In this document: positions 21,095-30,716 of the stretch, piece by piece
How the letters are laid out: each line of letters starts with the position of its first letter
Position numbering within the stretch: position 1 is the first letter of the stretch
Assembly (NCBI GenBank): GCA_029941235.1
Contig: JAPYQM010000011.1
Location: 4,677-57,518, forward strand
Source: Myxococcota bacterium
Lineage (GTDB): Bacteria; Myxococcota_A; UBA9160; UBA4427
Direction: 5' to 3'
Length of the DNA stretch: 52,842 nucleotides
Position numbers and translations under genes: made by a program
The notes under the pieces: model-generated
Told to the model about the DNA's origin: nothing
Database searches by the model: none
The model's input: the letters and a program-made list of their open reading frames with translations, nothing else

Positions 21095-22666
21095 TCAGCG
21101 CTTGAATTCAACGTCTGAGAGGGCGTTCTCTTCGATGATCAGTTCGAGTTCTTCCGCCGAGAGCGTGCTCTTCGAATTGACGGTGATGGATTGCTGCATA
21201 CCCGTAGCCATGTCCCGGGCCGAAACGCTCACGATCCCGCTGGAGTCAATATCAAAGCCAACTTCGATTTCCGGCTCCCCCTTGGGCGCAGGAGGAATTC
21301 CGGCCAGAACGAATTCGCCCAGTAGATCGTTTTCCAGGGCGGTTTCGTTTTCACCTTGCAGGACCCGAATCTTGACCGCAGCTTGGTCGTCTCGGGTGGT
21401 GGTGAATATATGCGATTTATTGACGGGTACGGTGGTATTCCGGTCGATCAGGCGCGCGAAATGCCCCCCGTAGGTGCTGATCCCCAGCGACAAGGGGGTG
21501 ACGTCCAGCAGGAGGACATCTTCAGTTCCTCCCACCAGGGCACTCCCCTGAATCGCCGCGCCGAGAGCGACTACTTCGTCGGGATTGACTCCTTTGTGCG
21601 GCCGCTGCTGGAAGTAATCCGTCACCGCCTGTTGAACCATGGGCATCCGAGTTTGTCCGCCGACGACTACGACGTGGTCAATGTCTTTCATGCTCAGATC
21701 AGCATCCCTGACACACAGTTCGACACTCTTCAGTGTCTGCTCCACGATATCTTCGACCAGGCTCTCAAATTCATCTCGGGTGATTTCGCAAGTAAGGTGC
21801 CGCGCACCGTCGCCGTCCGAAGCGATAAATGGCAGATTGATTTCGGCGCGTTCGCGGAGGGAGAGCGTACACTTCGCCTTTTCCGCGGCGTCCTTTAGGC
21901 GTTGCATCGCCGTCGAATCCGATCGAAGATCGATTCCGTGCTCCTCCTGAAACCCTGCCAGCAAGTACTCGACGATTCGCCGATCGAAATCTTCTCCGCC
22001 CAAGAATGTGTCGCCGGCGGTAGCCAAAACTTCCACTACGCCGTCGGACATCTCCAAGATCGACATGTCGAAGGTTCCGCCCCCTAGATCGTAGATCGCG
22101 ATTTTTTCGTCTACATCCCGCCCCATCCCATAGGCGAGCGCGGCCGCTGCCGGCTCGTTGATAATTCTCAAAACATCAAGTCCCGCGATTCGGCCGGCAT
22201 CGCGAGTCGATTGCCTCTGGGTATCGTTGAAATACGCCGGCACGGTGATGACCGCCGATTCCACGCTTTCGCCCAAATACTCTTCGGCGACCCTTTTCAT
22301 CTCTCTAAGGATGATTCCCGAAACCTCCGCGCAACTGAACGTGCGATCCGTGATCCGGATTCTCGGGTCTTCATTGGGGCCCTCTACAATTTCATAGGGG
22401 TAGAGCTCTGCGGAGCGCTGCACCTCAGCCGAAGCAAAGCGCCGGCCAATGAGTCGCTTCGCCGCGAAAACCGTGTTGGACGCATTCGTGATCGTTTGCC
22501 GCTTAGCCGGGTAACCCACCAACTGCTCGCCATGCGTGGTGATTGCAAAGACTGACGGCGTGATTTTGTAGCCGCCCGAATTGGGAATCACGACGGGTTG
22601 GCCATCCTCCACCACTGCGACGCAGGAATTGGTGGTTCCTAGATCTATGCCAATGACTCTACCCAC
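21095..22666 (-). CDS. Hsp70/DnaK-family chaperone, short form (~523 aa) lacking most of the helical lid
   Basis: GIDLGTTNS, TVPAYFND, YDLGGGTFD, linker DVLLLDVTPLSLG, complete SBD-beta; GTG 22666 with AAGGGG RBS overlaps the upstream stop. Confidence 0.92.
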   Translation of the reverse strand: MGRVIGIDLGTTNSCVAVVEDGQPVVIPNSGGYKITPSVFAITTHGEQLVGYPAKRQTITNASNTVFAAKRLIGRRFASAEVQRSAELYPYEIVEGPNEDPRIRITDRTFSCAEVSGIILREMKRVAEEYLGESVESAVITVPAYFNDTQRQSTRDAGRIAGLDVLRIINEPAAAALAYGMGRDVDEKIAIYDLGGGTFDMSILEMSDGVVEVLATAGDTFLGGEDFDRRIVEYLLAGFQEEHGIDLRSDSTAMQRLKDAAEKAKCTLSLRERAEINLPFIASDGDGARHLTCEITRDEFESLVEDIVEQTLKSVELCVRDADLSMKDIDHVVVVGGQTRMPMVQQAVTDYFQQRPHKGVNPDEVVALGAAIQGSALVGGTEDVLLLDVTPLSLGISTYGGHFARLIDRNTTVPVNKSHIFTTTRDDQAAVKIRVLQGENETALENDLLGEFVLAGIPPAPKGEPEIEVGFDIDSSGIVSVSARDMATGMQQSITVNSKSTLSAEELELIIEENALSDVEFKR

Positions 22667-23951
22667 GACCGCATTCCCCTTGTCTCCGGTGACTGCTCCG
22701 AAACAGATCGGCCAGTCCTCGACGTGCTTCACCGTCGGGAGGATCGCATGCCAGAGCTCGTTCAAATTCCCGCTTCGCGTTCCCGACATGCCCTTGAGCC
22801 GAATGGATCTTTCCCAGCGTTGTATGAAATTCTCCCACTTCGGGACTCTGCTCCACCGCGATACCCGCAAGGGTCTTCGCCCGCTGGATTTCATTTCGCG
22901 CGAGGGCCACACATGCGGCCTGCTGATTGAGTGCAGAATCGTTCGGGCGACGGCGAAGCGACTTCTCCAGGGACTCCCACGCCCGAGCGAGTTCGGCTTG
23001 ACTCATCGACGCATAGAATTCCCATGCGTCGATCCCATCATCGGTGTGAAGATGGGAAAGTCGATCCGACAAGCTCTTCAGTGCACCCCGGTAAGCAAGA
23101 TTTTCGGGCTCAAAGCGAATGGCCATACCGATACTGGCCCGGGCTTCCGCTATCTCACCGTCGCTCTCCGCAATTTGAGCTGCGTCAAAAAAGGCCTCAG
23201 CCTTTCGCCGTCTCTCTTCGCGCATTGATTTGGGCATGGTGTGAATCGCCCGTTCTCCCAATCGCTTGAGTTTTTCGAGCCCCGAGCGATGGGTGGTGGG
23301 CGCTTTAGATCCGTCGACTGAGGAGTCGGAACTCGCCCCCCTGACCGCTGCATTGGAGTCACAGGCAGCAGAGGCCGAATCCCTCGACAAGGCCGCATAG
23401 GCCTCAAGAATCGTCCGATAGATGATCGGGAGACGTTCGCTATAGGGGCCGAGATCGCGTCGAAAGAAGCGATCGGGATGAAACTCCCTCGAGAGCTTGA
23501 AATAGGCTTTCTTGATGGTCCGATCATCGGCGCCGGGTTCGATTCCCAGACGCGCGTGATACCCCCCCGACGAACGGGCTTCGAATTCCAGAATTCTGCG
23601 CTGGGTCTTGAGATCGATCTCTAGATCGGGATCGAGACATGACGCACCGATGGCCGAGGAATCCTTCCGAGCGAGCGCCACATCCGCCCGGCCGTGGGTC
23701 GTAGCTCGGCGAATCGGGGCTATGGGAGCTCGCTGGACAATGCCGGCTGCTAGCCACTCGACTCGGCATCGATCGGCGAGTCCACTCTCGATTCCCGCCA
23801 TCTGCACGAGGAGACTCCACGGTGTCAGACCGTCGATCCTGGACAACAGAAAGCCTTCTTCGGCGCTCAGATTGAGCCCGCTGGAATCGCAGCCGGGGAC
23901 GAGTCCGAGGATCTCTGCCGACCGTTTTTGGCTGTCAGTGCTTCGGGACAC
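22659..23951 (-). CDS. J-domain (HPD) protein with C-terminal TPRs
   Basis: LGIEPGADDRTIKKAYFKLSREFHPDRF...EAYAALS; TPR-like helices; N-terminal LSAEEGFLLSRIDG segment; GTG 23951 preceded by GGGAGG. Confidence 0.85.
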   Translation of the reverse strand: MSRSTDSQKRSAEILGLVPGCDSSGLNLSAEEGFLLSRIDGLTPWSLLVQMAGIESGLADRCRVEWLAAGIVQRAPIAPIRRATTHGRADVALARKDSSAIGASCLDPDLEIDLKTQRRILEFEARSSGGYHARLGIEPGADDRTIKKAYFKLSREFHPDRFFRRDLGPYSERLPIIYRTILEAYAALSRDSASAACDSNAAVRGASSDSSVDGSKAPTTHRSGLEKLKRLGERAIHTMPKSMREERRRKAEAFFDAAQIAESDGEIAEARASIGMAIRFEPENLAYRGALKSLSDRLSHLHTDDGIDAWEFYASMSQAELARAWESLEKSLRRRPNDSALNQQAACVALARNEIQRAKTLAGIAVEQSPEVGEFHTTLGKIHSAQGHVGNAKREFERALACDPPDGEARRGLADLFRSSHRRQGECGRG

Positions 23952-24256
23952 CCGACCTCCCGGAAAGGGGCGGAAGTGGAAGAACGCCCCATGTTTTGTT
24001 GCATCGGCCACTGCGGTCGAAAACTGTGCCAGTACCGGGATTTGAACCGCGAAGTCGCCGCAAAAACGAAGGATCCCGCCCGGGGGAGGCCCTGGCGCCA
24101 TGGATACCAACTTCCTTGGCCCCCCGGGGCGCGGAGGACGGGAGTGCGGAGGACGAGGGCACGAGCACCGTTGAGCAGAGCAAGGGGGGGCGGCAAAGTC
24201 TTTCGCTCTCTGCGGCGAGCCGGGAAGCATCGGCCCCCCAGGCCCAAGGCCTCCGC

Positions 24257-25186
24257 CTAGGCGATGCCCTTGGGCAGCATCACCCGCTCGAGCACCGCCT
24301 TTTGGGAGTGGAGTCGATTTTCCGCTTGCTCGTAGATCAGGCTTCGATCGCTGTCGAGCAACTCCCCGGTGATTTCTTCTCCCCGATGGGCGGGTAGGCA
24401 GTGCATCAGTCGCGCCTTCGGCGCCCCGGCCACGAGATGTCGGTTGACTTGATAGGGGGCAAAGATCTTTCGCCGCTCCTCGGCCTCGTCCTCTTGCCCC
24501 ATGCTGGTCCACGTATCCGTGTAGATAAAATCGGCGTCAGCGACAGCTTCAAGAGGATCCTCGGTCCAGGAAATATCGCCGCCGCTGGTTGCTGCGATGG
24601 CTTCGGCTCTCTCCATCACCCATGCGGGCGGGCAATGACTGGCCGGGGTCGCGATGCGAAAGCCCATACCCACGACCGCAGAAAGGAGAATCAGCGAGTT
24701 GGCCACGTTGTTTCCATCGCCCACATAACAGACCCGTGCGTCTTTGGGATTCATCACGTTGGCGATTGTCTGCAAATCCGCCATGGCCTGGCAAGGGTGA
24801 AGCCGATCGGTCAATCCATTGATAATCGGAATCGTCGCGTTCTCGGCAAGCAGTTCGACCAACTCGTGGCTGAAAGTCCGGGCCATCAGCCCATCGACCC
24901 AGCGCGAAAGATTTCGAGCCACATCCAGAGGGCTCTCTCGGGTGCCGATCCCCACCTGATCGGGCCTCAGCAAGATCGCGTGCCCGCCCAACTGGGCCAT
25001 ACCGGCCTCGAAAGTGACGTGGGTCCGAAGAGATGGTTTCTCGAAATACATGGCCAGGGTGCGCCCCTGGAGGGTCTGGGGGCGTTCTCCTGCCCTGTGC
25101 AGGCTCCGCAGTTCCTGGGCACGGGCCAACATCTGCATGATTTCCGCGGCCGGCCAGTCGGCAACACTCAGAAAATCCTTCGGCAT
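24257..25186 (-). CDS. argF: Ornithine carbamoyltransferase
   Basis: FEKPSLRT, HPCQAMAD, GDGNNV, DTWTSMGQE, HCLPAHRGEEI. Confidence 0.95.
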   Translation of the reverse strand: MPKDFLSVADWPAAEIMQMLARAQELRSLHRAGERPQTLQGRTLAMYFEKPSLRTHVTFEAGMAQLGGHAILLRPDQVGIGTRESPLDVARNLSRWVDGLMARTFSHELVELLAENATIPIINGLTDRLHPCQAMADLQTIANVMNPKDARVCYVGDGNNVANSLILLSAVVGMGFRIATPASHCPPAWVMERAEAIAATSGGDISWTEDPLEAVADADFIYTDTWTSMGQEDEAEERRKIFAPYQVNRHLVAGAPKARLMHCLPAHRGEEITGELLDSDRSLIYEQAENRLHSQKAVLERVMLPKGIA

Positions 25187-25219
25187 TTGTGTCGTTTCCC
25201 CAGAAGATTGAATTTGGGA

Positions 25220-26074
25220 TCAGGGGACGAAAAGGGTGCCCACACCCGCATCGTCGGTAAAAATTTCTAGCAAGACGGCGTGGAGGACCCGCCCATCCAC
25301 AATATGAGCCCGGCTCACGCTGTTCTTGAGTGCACGCATACAGCAACTCACCTTGGGGATCATTCCTTCCGTGATGGTGCCTTCGTCAATATATTTCTGG
25401 GCTTGATCCACCGTCAACTGGCTGAGCAGCTTGCCTTCTGAGTCCAACACACCCTCGACGTCGGTGAGGAGCATCAACTTCTCGGCTTCCAGCGCTTCCG
25501 CCAGCCCGCCCGCCGCTTCATCGGCGTTTACATTGTAGGTCAGTCCTTCATCATCGACGCCTATGGGTGCAACAACCGGAATGAAGCCCGACTCGGCAAC
25601 CGAAACGATCACCCTGGGATCAACACTCACGATCTCACCGACGCGTCCGATGTCCTGACCGTCGACAATCTTTTTCCGCACTCTGAGCAGCGCGCCATCA
25701 CTTCCCGTCAGCCCCACCGACCGGCCTCCAGCGCGCTGTACCGACTCAACGATCTCCCGGTTCACCTTGCCTCCGAGAACCATCTCCACCACATCCATGG
25801 TTTCGTCGTCGGTCACTCGGAGACCTTCAACGAACACCGACTCTTTGCCGAGTCGATTCAGGGTTGAAGCAATTTGCGGACCGCCTCCGTGCACAATCAC
25901 CGGCTTCAGGCCGATGTGCTTGAGGAGCACTACGTCGACCGCAAAAGACGCCCCGATCCCGGCATCGACCATTGCGTGTCCGCCGAATTTGATGACAACG
26001 GTCTTCCCAAGCAGCCTCCGCATATAGGGCAGCGCCTCAACCAGAACCTCCGCCTTTTCGACCAAGCTTTGCAT
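25220..26074 (-). CDS. argB: Acetylglutamate kinase
   Basis: VIKFGGHAM, VHGGGPQI, GLRVTD, NVNAD, LLTDVEG, GMIPKV. Confidence 0.97.
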   Translation of the reverse strand: MQSLVEKAEVLVEALPYMRRLLGKTVVIKFGGHAMVDAGIGASFAVDVVLLKHIGLKPVIVHGGGPQIASTLNRLGKESVFVEGLRVTDDETMDVVEMVLGGKVNREIVESVQRAGGRSVGLTGSDGALLRVRKKIVDGQDIGRVGEIVSVDPRVIVSVAESGFIPVVAPIGVDDEGLTYNVNADEAAGGLAEALEAEKLMLLTDVEGVLDSEGKLLSQLTVDQAQKYIDEGTITEGMIPKVSCCMRALKNSVSRAHIVDGRVLHAVLLEIFTDDAGVGTLFVP

Positions 26075-26176
26075 CTTTGGGTCCCATCTCCGAATCCCTC
26101 CGGATATTCAGATTGCCGAACACTTGCTCGGCCAACCCGCCCGGGCACACCGACACGACCTAACTTTTCGCTCGGT

Positions 26177-27745
26177 TCAGCCACTCCCATCGCGCCGGGC
26201 CGCGGCGAGTTCTTCGATGCTCGCCACCAGGCTACGGTACAGAAGCACGTTGCGAACCGCAGCCGAAAGCGCCGCCGAAGCCACTTCACCGGTCCGGTCG
26301 GAGAGCGAGGCTTCTTCGGAGAGAAATGCACGGACCACCCCAATCACCCCGCCCCGAAACGAGATTGGCATGCAGAGCAGGCCCCGAGAAGCACCCTCCA
26401 AGGGCGTATCAACCTCGAGATCGAATCGGGGATCTTGCCGAGGCTCCATCTGGAGCAGCGCCGCACCGGTTTCCACCGCCCTTCCCGTCAACCCTCGATT
26501 CAGGGGGAGGCAGCCTCGGTCGGCCATTCCGACCCCGCCCGTCATGCTCTCGCACTTCAACTCGCCGGAGTTCGGATCCGCGAGGTAGAGAGAAACAAGA
26601 TCCGCGGGGAGCGTGCTGCTGAGTACCCCTACTGCCCTGGCAAGTACCTGCTGCGGCTCGAGTTCATCGGTCACCGCGCGACAAATCTCTTGGGCCAGTT
26701 CGGCGTCGCGGTGGGCGCCCGCCTCACTCTCGCCTTTGGGGAGAACATCCAGGGTGTCGAGCCAGGTCTCATCGAGGGGAGCCACGGCAATCGGCTCGGT
26801 TTCATCCCCAGAAGTCGAACCCCGATCGGAGTTCTTGCCGGGAGGGAAACCAGCGACGGTAAATTGATGGGCGAGCAGTCGCAGAAGAACAAGAGCCTCT
26901 TCGCCGAACGGCTGCCCCGTCAGACTCTCGGAGACACACAGCACTCCAAAGGGTCGACCTTTGGCGACCAAGGGCGCCAGTGCGAAAGAACCGCCGCGAT
27001 ATCGATCGGGGACAACCCTGTGTCGCACGCGACAGTCGTTGGCCGCATCCACCACTACCAAGGGTTCGCTCAAAGTGAGCGCGAAGCCCGCCACCCCCTC
27101 CCCGGGAAGGATCACGTCCATTTCGGAGGGAGAGACCGAATGCCCCGAGCATGCCTTCACCCGCAACCAGTTCCCGGGTTCGTCGAGCAGCATCAAAGAC
27201 ACCTTTCCCGCCCCAAGAGCAGCCGCGGCGGCTTCGACGACCCCCTCCGCGAGTCTTGAGCTGCGCTCTTCTTCCCCGGATTCAGCCAAACGGCCCGCCA
27301 GGAGCTCCCACCTCTCAGCGATTTCCCGTACCCCTTCCCGCAGCCGATTTTCGTCGCGTCTGAACCGCCAGGCCTCGATCGCCCGCTGGACAGCCAATCG
27401 CGTTTCCCGCGGATGCAAGGGCTTGGCGAGGTAGTCCCGCGCGCCCTTTTCCAGGGCATCCAGGATCACTTCGTGGTCCTGTGCGTCCGACAGCATGATG
27501 ATCTGGCATCCCGGGGAAATCCGGCCCAAAAGAATCAGCAGGTCAAGGCTATTCGCGTCTGGGAGACGAGATTCCAAGAGCACGACACCCGGCTGGATCT
27601 GCTCGGCGACTTCCAGCGCCATGGTGCCCGAGGTCACCGGTCGACAAAAGAGACCTTCCGGAGCGAGAATTTCCTGAACGGAACGCCGGACATTCTCGTC
27701 GTGCCCTACCACCAGGATAATCGCGTCTTGGCCTTGACCGCCCAC
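26177..27745 (-). CDS. Atypical receiver + two GAF domains, no output domain
   Basis: REC pattern ILVV...VVLLESRLP...IMLS...GARDYLAKP; GAF1 (GEGVAG...SFALAPL...FGVLCV); GAF2 (GLTG...DPRF...LLCMPI...IGVV). Start GTG 27745 or 27787. Confidence 0.8.
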   Translation of the reverse strand: MGGQGQDAIILVVGHDENVRRSVQEILAPEGLFCRPVTSGTMALEVAEQIQPGVVLLESRLPDANSLDLLILLGRISPGCQIIMLSDAQDHEVILDALEKGARDYLAKPLHPRETRLAVQRAIEAWRFRRDENRLREGVREIAERWELLAGRLAESGEEERSSRLAEGVVEAAAAALGAGKVSLMLLDEPGNWLRVKACSGHSVSPSEMDVILPGEGVAGFALTLSEPLVVVDAANDCRVRHRVVPDRYRGGSFALAPLVAKGRPFGVLCVSESLTGQPFGEEALVLLRLLAHQFTVAGFPPGKNSDRGSTSGDETEPIAVAPLDETWLDTLDVLPKGESEAGAHRDAELAQEICRAVTDELEPQQVLARAVGVLSSTLPADLVSLYLADPNSGELKCESMTGGVGMADRGCLPLNRGLTGRAVETGAALLQMEPRQDPRFDLEVDTPLEGASRGLLCMPISFRGGVIGVVRAFLSEEASLSDRTGEVASAALSAAVRNVLLYRSLVASIEELAAARRDGSG

Positions 27746-27787
27746 TCTTCCCCCGCACCTAAGCCCCGCGACCTGCCCCCGGATCAC

Positions 27788-29140
27788 TCACAGAATATAC
27801 TGCGAGAGGTCCTGATCATCGACAAGTTCCCCGAGGCGGTCCTCCACCATTTTCGCATCGATGACGACCCGCTGGGCTCCAAGGTCGGGAGATTCAAAGC
27901 TCAGTTCATCGAGTAGGCGCTCCATCACGGTCTGGAGCCGCCGGGCTCCAATATCTGCGGACCGCTCGTTCACTCGCGCAGCCACATCAGCGATGGCCAA
28001 CACGCCGTCATCCTCAAATTCGAGTTCGATCCCCTCGGTCGCCATCAGGGCCTTGTACTGCCGTACCAATGAGTTCGTGGGCTCAGTCAGGATCCGCACC
28101 AGATCGTCCTTGCTCAGGCTGGCGAGCTCCACCCGAATCGGGAAGCGACCCTGCATCTCGGGAATCAGATCTGCGGGCTTGGACACATGGAAGGCCCCTG
28201 CTGCGATGAAGAGAATGTGATCCGTAGCCACAGGACCGTGCTTGGTCTGAACCGTTGAGCCCTCAACGATGGGCAGGAGATCCCTCTGCACGCCTTCGCG
28301 GGATATGTCGGGTCCCTGCCGACCACTCGCCCCGACTGCGATCTTGTCAATTTCATCGAGGAAGACGATTCCGGTTTGCTCCACACGACGAATGGCGAGT
28401 TCTCGCACCATATCCTGATCGACCAGCCGCGTGGCTTCCTCGCTCGTATACGCAACTCTCGCCTCGTGAACCTTCATGCGTCTGTGCTTGGTCTTATTTG
28501 GGAACATGCCGCCCAGGAGATCTTTGAATTGAACGCCCATTTCCTCAACCCCTTGAGGGGTCATGATCGACATGGACGGTCCCGCTCCCTCTTCAGTGAG
28601 TTCCACCTCGATCTCACGGTCGTCAAGTTCGCCTAGCCTCAACAACTTGCGCAGTTTTTCCCGGGTCTCATTGGACGGGTCTGGGGGCGTGAGGTCCGGC
28701 GAACCCGCCACGGGAGGCACGGGAAGCAGAGCATCGAGCACCCGTTCTTCGGCCCGCTCCTCGGCCTTGGCGGCCACAGACTTTTTCGACTCCTCGGTCA
28801 CGAGACCGATCGCCAACTCGGTGAGATCGCGAATGATCGACTCGACATCGCGTCCGACATAGCCCACCTCGGTAAATTTCGAGGCCTCCACCTTGATAAA
28901 AGGAGCCTGAGAAAGCTTTGCCAGGCGCCGGGCGATTTCGGTTTTGCCAACTCCGGTCGCGCCGATCATGATGATGTTCTTGGGCGAAATTTCGTCGCGA
29001 AGCTCGCCGGAAACCTGTTGTCGTCGCCAACGGTTTCGCAACGCGATGGCGACCGCCCTCTTGGCCTCGCGCTGGCCAATGATGTAACGATCCAACTCGG
29101 AAACGATCTCTCGGGGCGTAAACGTGGGGATAGAACTCAT
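27788..29140 (-). CDS. hslU: ATP-dependent protease ATPase subunit HslU
   Basis: [40 protein letters not shown]. Confidence 0.98.
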   Translation of the reverse strand: MSSIPTFTPREIVSELDRYIIGQREAKRAVAIALRNRWRRQQVSGELRDEISPKNIIMIGATGVGKTEIARRLAKLSQAPFIKVEASKFTEVGYVGRDVESIIRDLTELAIGLVTEESKKSVAAKAEERAEERVLDALLPVPPVAGSPDLTPPDPSNETREKLRKLLRLGELDDREIEVELTEEGAGPSMSIMTPQGVEEMGVQFKDLLGGMFPNKTKHRRMKVHEARVAYTSEEATRLVDQDMVRELAIRRVEQTGIVFLDEIDKIAVGASGRQGPDISREGVQRDLLPIVEGSTVQTKHGPVATDHILFIAAGAFHVSKPADLIPEMQGRFPIRVELASLSKDDLVRILTEPTNSLVRQYKALMATEGIELEFEDDGVLAIADVAARVNERSADIGARRLQTVMERLLDELSFESPDLGAQRVVIDAKMVEDRLGELVDDQDLSQYIL

Positions 29141-29685
29141 GGCAGGCTTTCTACGCTGATCTCATCGTTGGTATAGATGCAGATATTGGCGGCGACTTCA
29201 AGCGACTCTGTTGCAATTTCTTCGGCGCCCAAATCGGTGTGTTTGGCCAGCGCGCGCGCTGCCGCAAGGGCGAAAGAACCCCCCGACCCGATGGCCGCAA
29301 TACCGTCATCGGGCTCGATTACGTCTCCGTTGCCCGAGACGACCAACAACGAATCGGCATCGCCCAGCAGCAGCATGGCCTCAAGTCGGCGAAGCATTCG
29401 ATCGCTTCGCCAATCCCGCGCGAGTTCAACCGCCGCACGCCGAATGTTGCCGGGAGAAGCCTCCAGTTTGCTTTCGAGGCGCTCGAGCAACGTCAAGGCA
29501 TCGGCGACGCCTCCCGCAAATCCGACGACCGCCCTGCCCCCGGCGATCTTTCGAACTTTTTCTGCCTTCTGTTTCATGACCATTTCACCCACCGTCACCT
29601 GGCCATCCGCCGCCATGGCGATTTTTCCGTTCCGAACGATGGCCACAACGGTCGTGCTCCTCGTTTTCGGCATTTCCCCGCTCAT
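29137..29685 (-). CDS. hslV: ATP-dependent protease subunit HslV
   Basis: STTVV (Thr nucleophile), DGQVT, GFAG, AIGSGG, ICIYTN; ATGA overlaps with both neighbours. Confidence 0.97.
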   Translation of the reverse strand: MSGEMPKTRSTTVVAIVRNGKIAMAADGQVTVGEMVMKQKAEKVRKIAGGRAVVGFAGGVADALTLLERLESKLEASPGNIRRAAVELARDWRSDRMLRRLEAMLLLGDADSLLVVSGNGDVIEPDDGIAAIGSGGSFALAAARALAKHTDLGAEEIATESLEVAANICIYTNDEISVESLP

Positions 29686-30716
29686 TCCGACTTCTCCCGA
29701 CTCTTGCTTTTACTAGCCCTACCTGAATTTCGCTTGCCCGAACCGGGAGCCTTCTTGCCGTTCTTTGCCCCACTCGGATGCGGGCCGGCCCCCAGGGCTC
29801 GGGGGTGGGCACTGTCGTACACTTGGCGGAGATGTTCCACCGAAACCGCCGTGTACTTTTGTGTCGTGGAGAGACTGGCGTGACCCAGAAGTTCCTGAAT
29901 CTCGCGTAAATCCGCCCCCATATCGAGCAGGTGCGTCGCGTAGCTGTGACGCAGGCGATGGGGATGCACACGATCATCCAGCCCGCTCGCCCGACCCCGG
30001 CGGGCCAGCCCCCGACGGACGTCCCGGGCTGAGAGCCGACGGGGCTCGAGTTCGTGATTGCGGCGCAGTACGATAAAAAGCGGCTCGCCGAGGACACCCG
30101 GACGACGGCGTTCGTCGAGCCAGCGAGCCAGAGCCAGGCGCGCCTTCTCGGGGATCGGAACGATGCGCTCCTTGCTCCCCTTGCCCATCACACGAACCTC
30201 TCCCTGGTGAAGATCGATATCGCGAACGTCCAAGGCCGCCATTTCACCCACGCGAATGCCCGTTCCGTAGAGGAGTTCCACGATGGCCGCATCGCGCAGT
30301 CGCGCCCGGCGCTGCCTGGGTTGTTCGGCCCCTTCCACGGAAACCCGCGAATCAGCATCCGCGAGCGCAAAACAGTCGTCCACCGAAAGAGGTCGAGGAG
30401 CCCTCTTCGGGAGTTTCGGAGCAGGAATTCCGGTCGTAGGGTCGAGGGCGATCCGTTCTTCACGCTGAAGAAAGCGAAAGAATGCTCGGACGCCGGCAAG
30501 GCGGCGACCGAGAGTCGCTGCGCTCCGTTCGGCGTGCAGACTCGCCAGCCATGCACGAACCCGCTCCGGGTCAATCTCGTCAGGGCCGACGTCGGCTCCC
30601 GTAAAGTCGGCAAGCAGCGTAATATCGGCCAAATAGGCGCGGCAGGTGTGCACGGAGAGAGCTCGCTCGACGCGCAGGTGGCGCTCAAAATCCTGAATCG
30701 CGTCCTTCCAATTCAT
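29682..30716 (-). CDS. xerC: Tyrosine recombinase XerC
   Basis: [41 protein letters not shown]; conserved trmFO-xerC-hslVU context; ATG 30716 overlaps the trmFO stop. Confidence 0.9.
   Translation of the reverse strand: MNWKDAIQDFERHLRVERALSVHTCRAYLADITLLADFTGADVGPDEIDPERVRAWLASLHAERSAATLGRRLAGVRAFFRFLQREERIALDPTTGIPAPKLPKRAPRPLSVDDCFALADADSRVSVEGAEQPRQRRARLRDAAIVELLYGTGIRVGEMAALDVRDIDLHQGEVRVMGKGSKERIVPIPEKARLALARWLDERRRPGVLGEPLFIVLRRNHELEPRRLSARDVRRGLARRGRASGLDDRVHPHRLRHSYATHLLDMGADLREIQELLGHASLSTTQKYTAVSVEHLRQVYDSAHPRALGAGPHPSGAKNGKKAPGSGKRNSGRASKSKSREKSE

Noticed and set aside
24018..24032. Sigma54 promoter TGGCACAGTTTTCGA upstream of the J-protein gene
   Set aside because: The -24 element is good, but the -12 reads GA instead of the near-invariant GC.
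23952..24512. Long N-terminal extensions in the ORF track (here the J protein; also Hsp70 to 22912, xerC to 30953, wecB from 49358, TPR lipoprotein to 3942)
   Set aside because: They overlap neighbouring genes or intergenic DNA and lack motifs; internal starts with an RBS or stop/start overlap fit better.
24257..25186. N-acetyl/succinyl-ornithine transcarbamylase, suggested by SLRT
   Set aside because: The SMG loop (DTWTSMGQE) and HCLPAHRG are those of ordinary OTC.
25874..27259. 461-aa plus-strand ORF
   Set aside because: Shadow of the REC-GAF-GAF gene and argB; such long antisense ORFs are expected in high-GC DNA.
29682..30716. Tyrosine recombinase as a phage or island integrase
   Set aside because: It sits in the housekeeping trmFO-xerC-hslVU context with no att repeats, tRNA or cargo.
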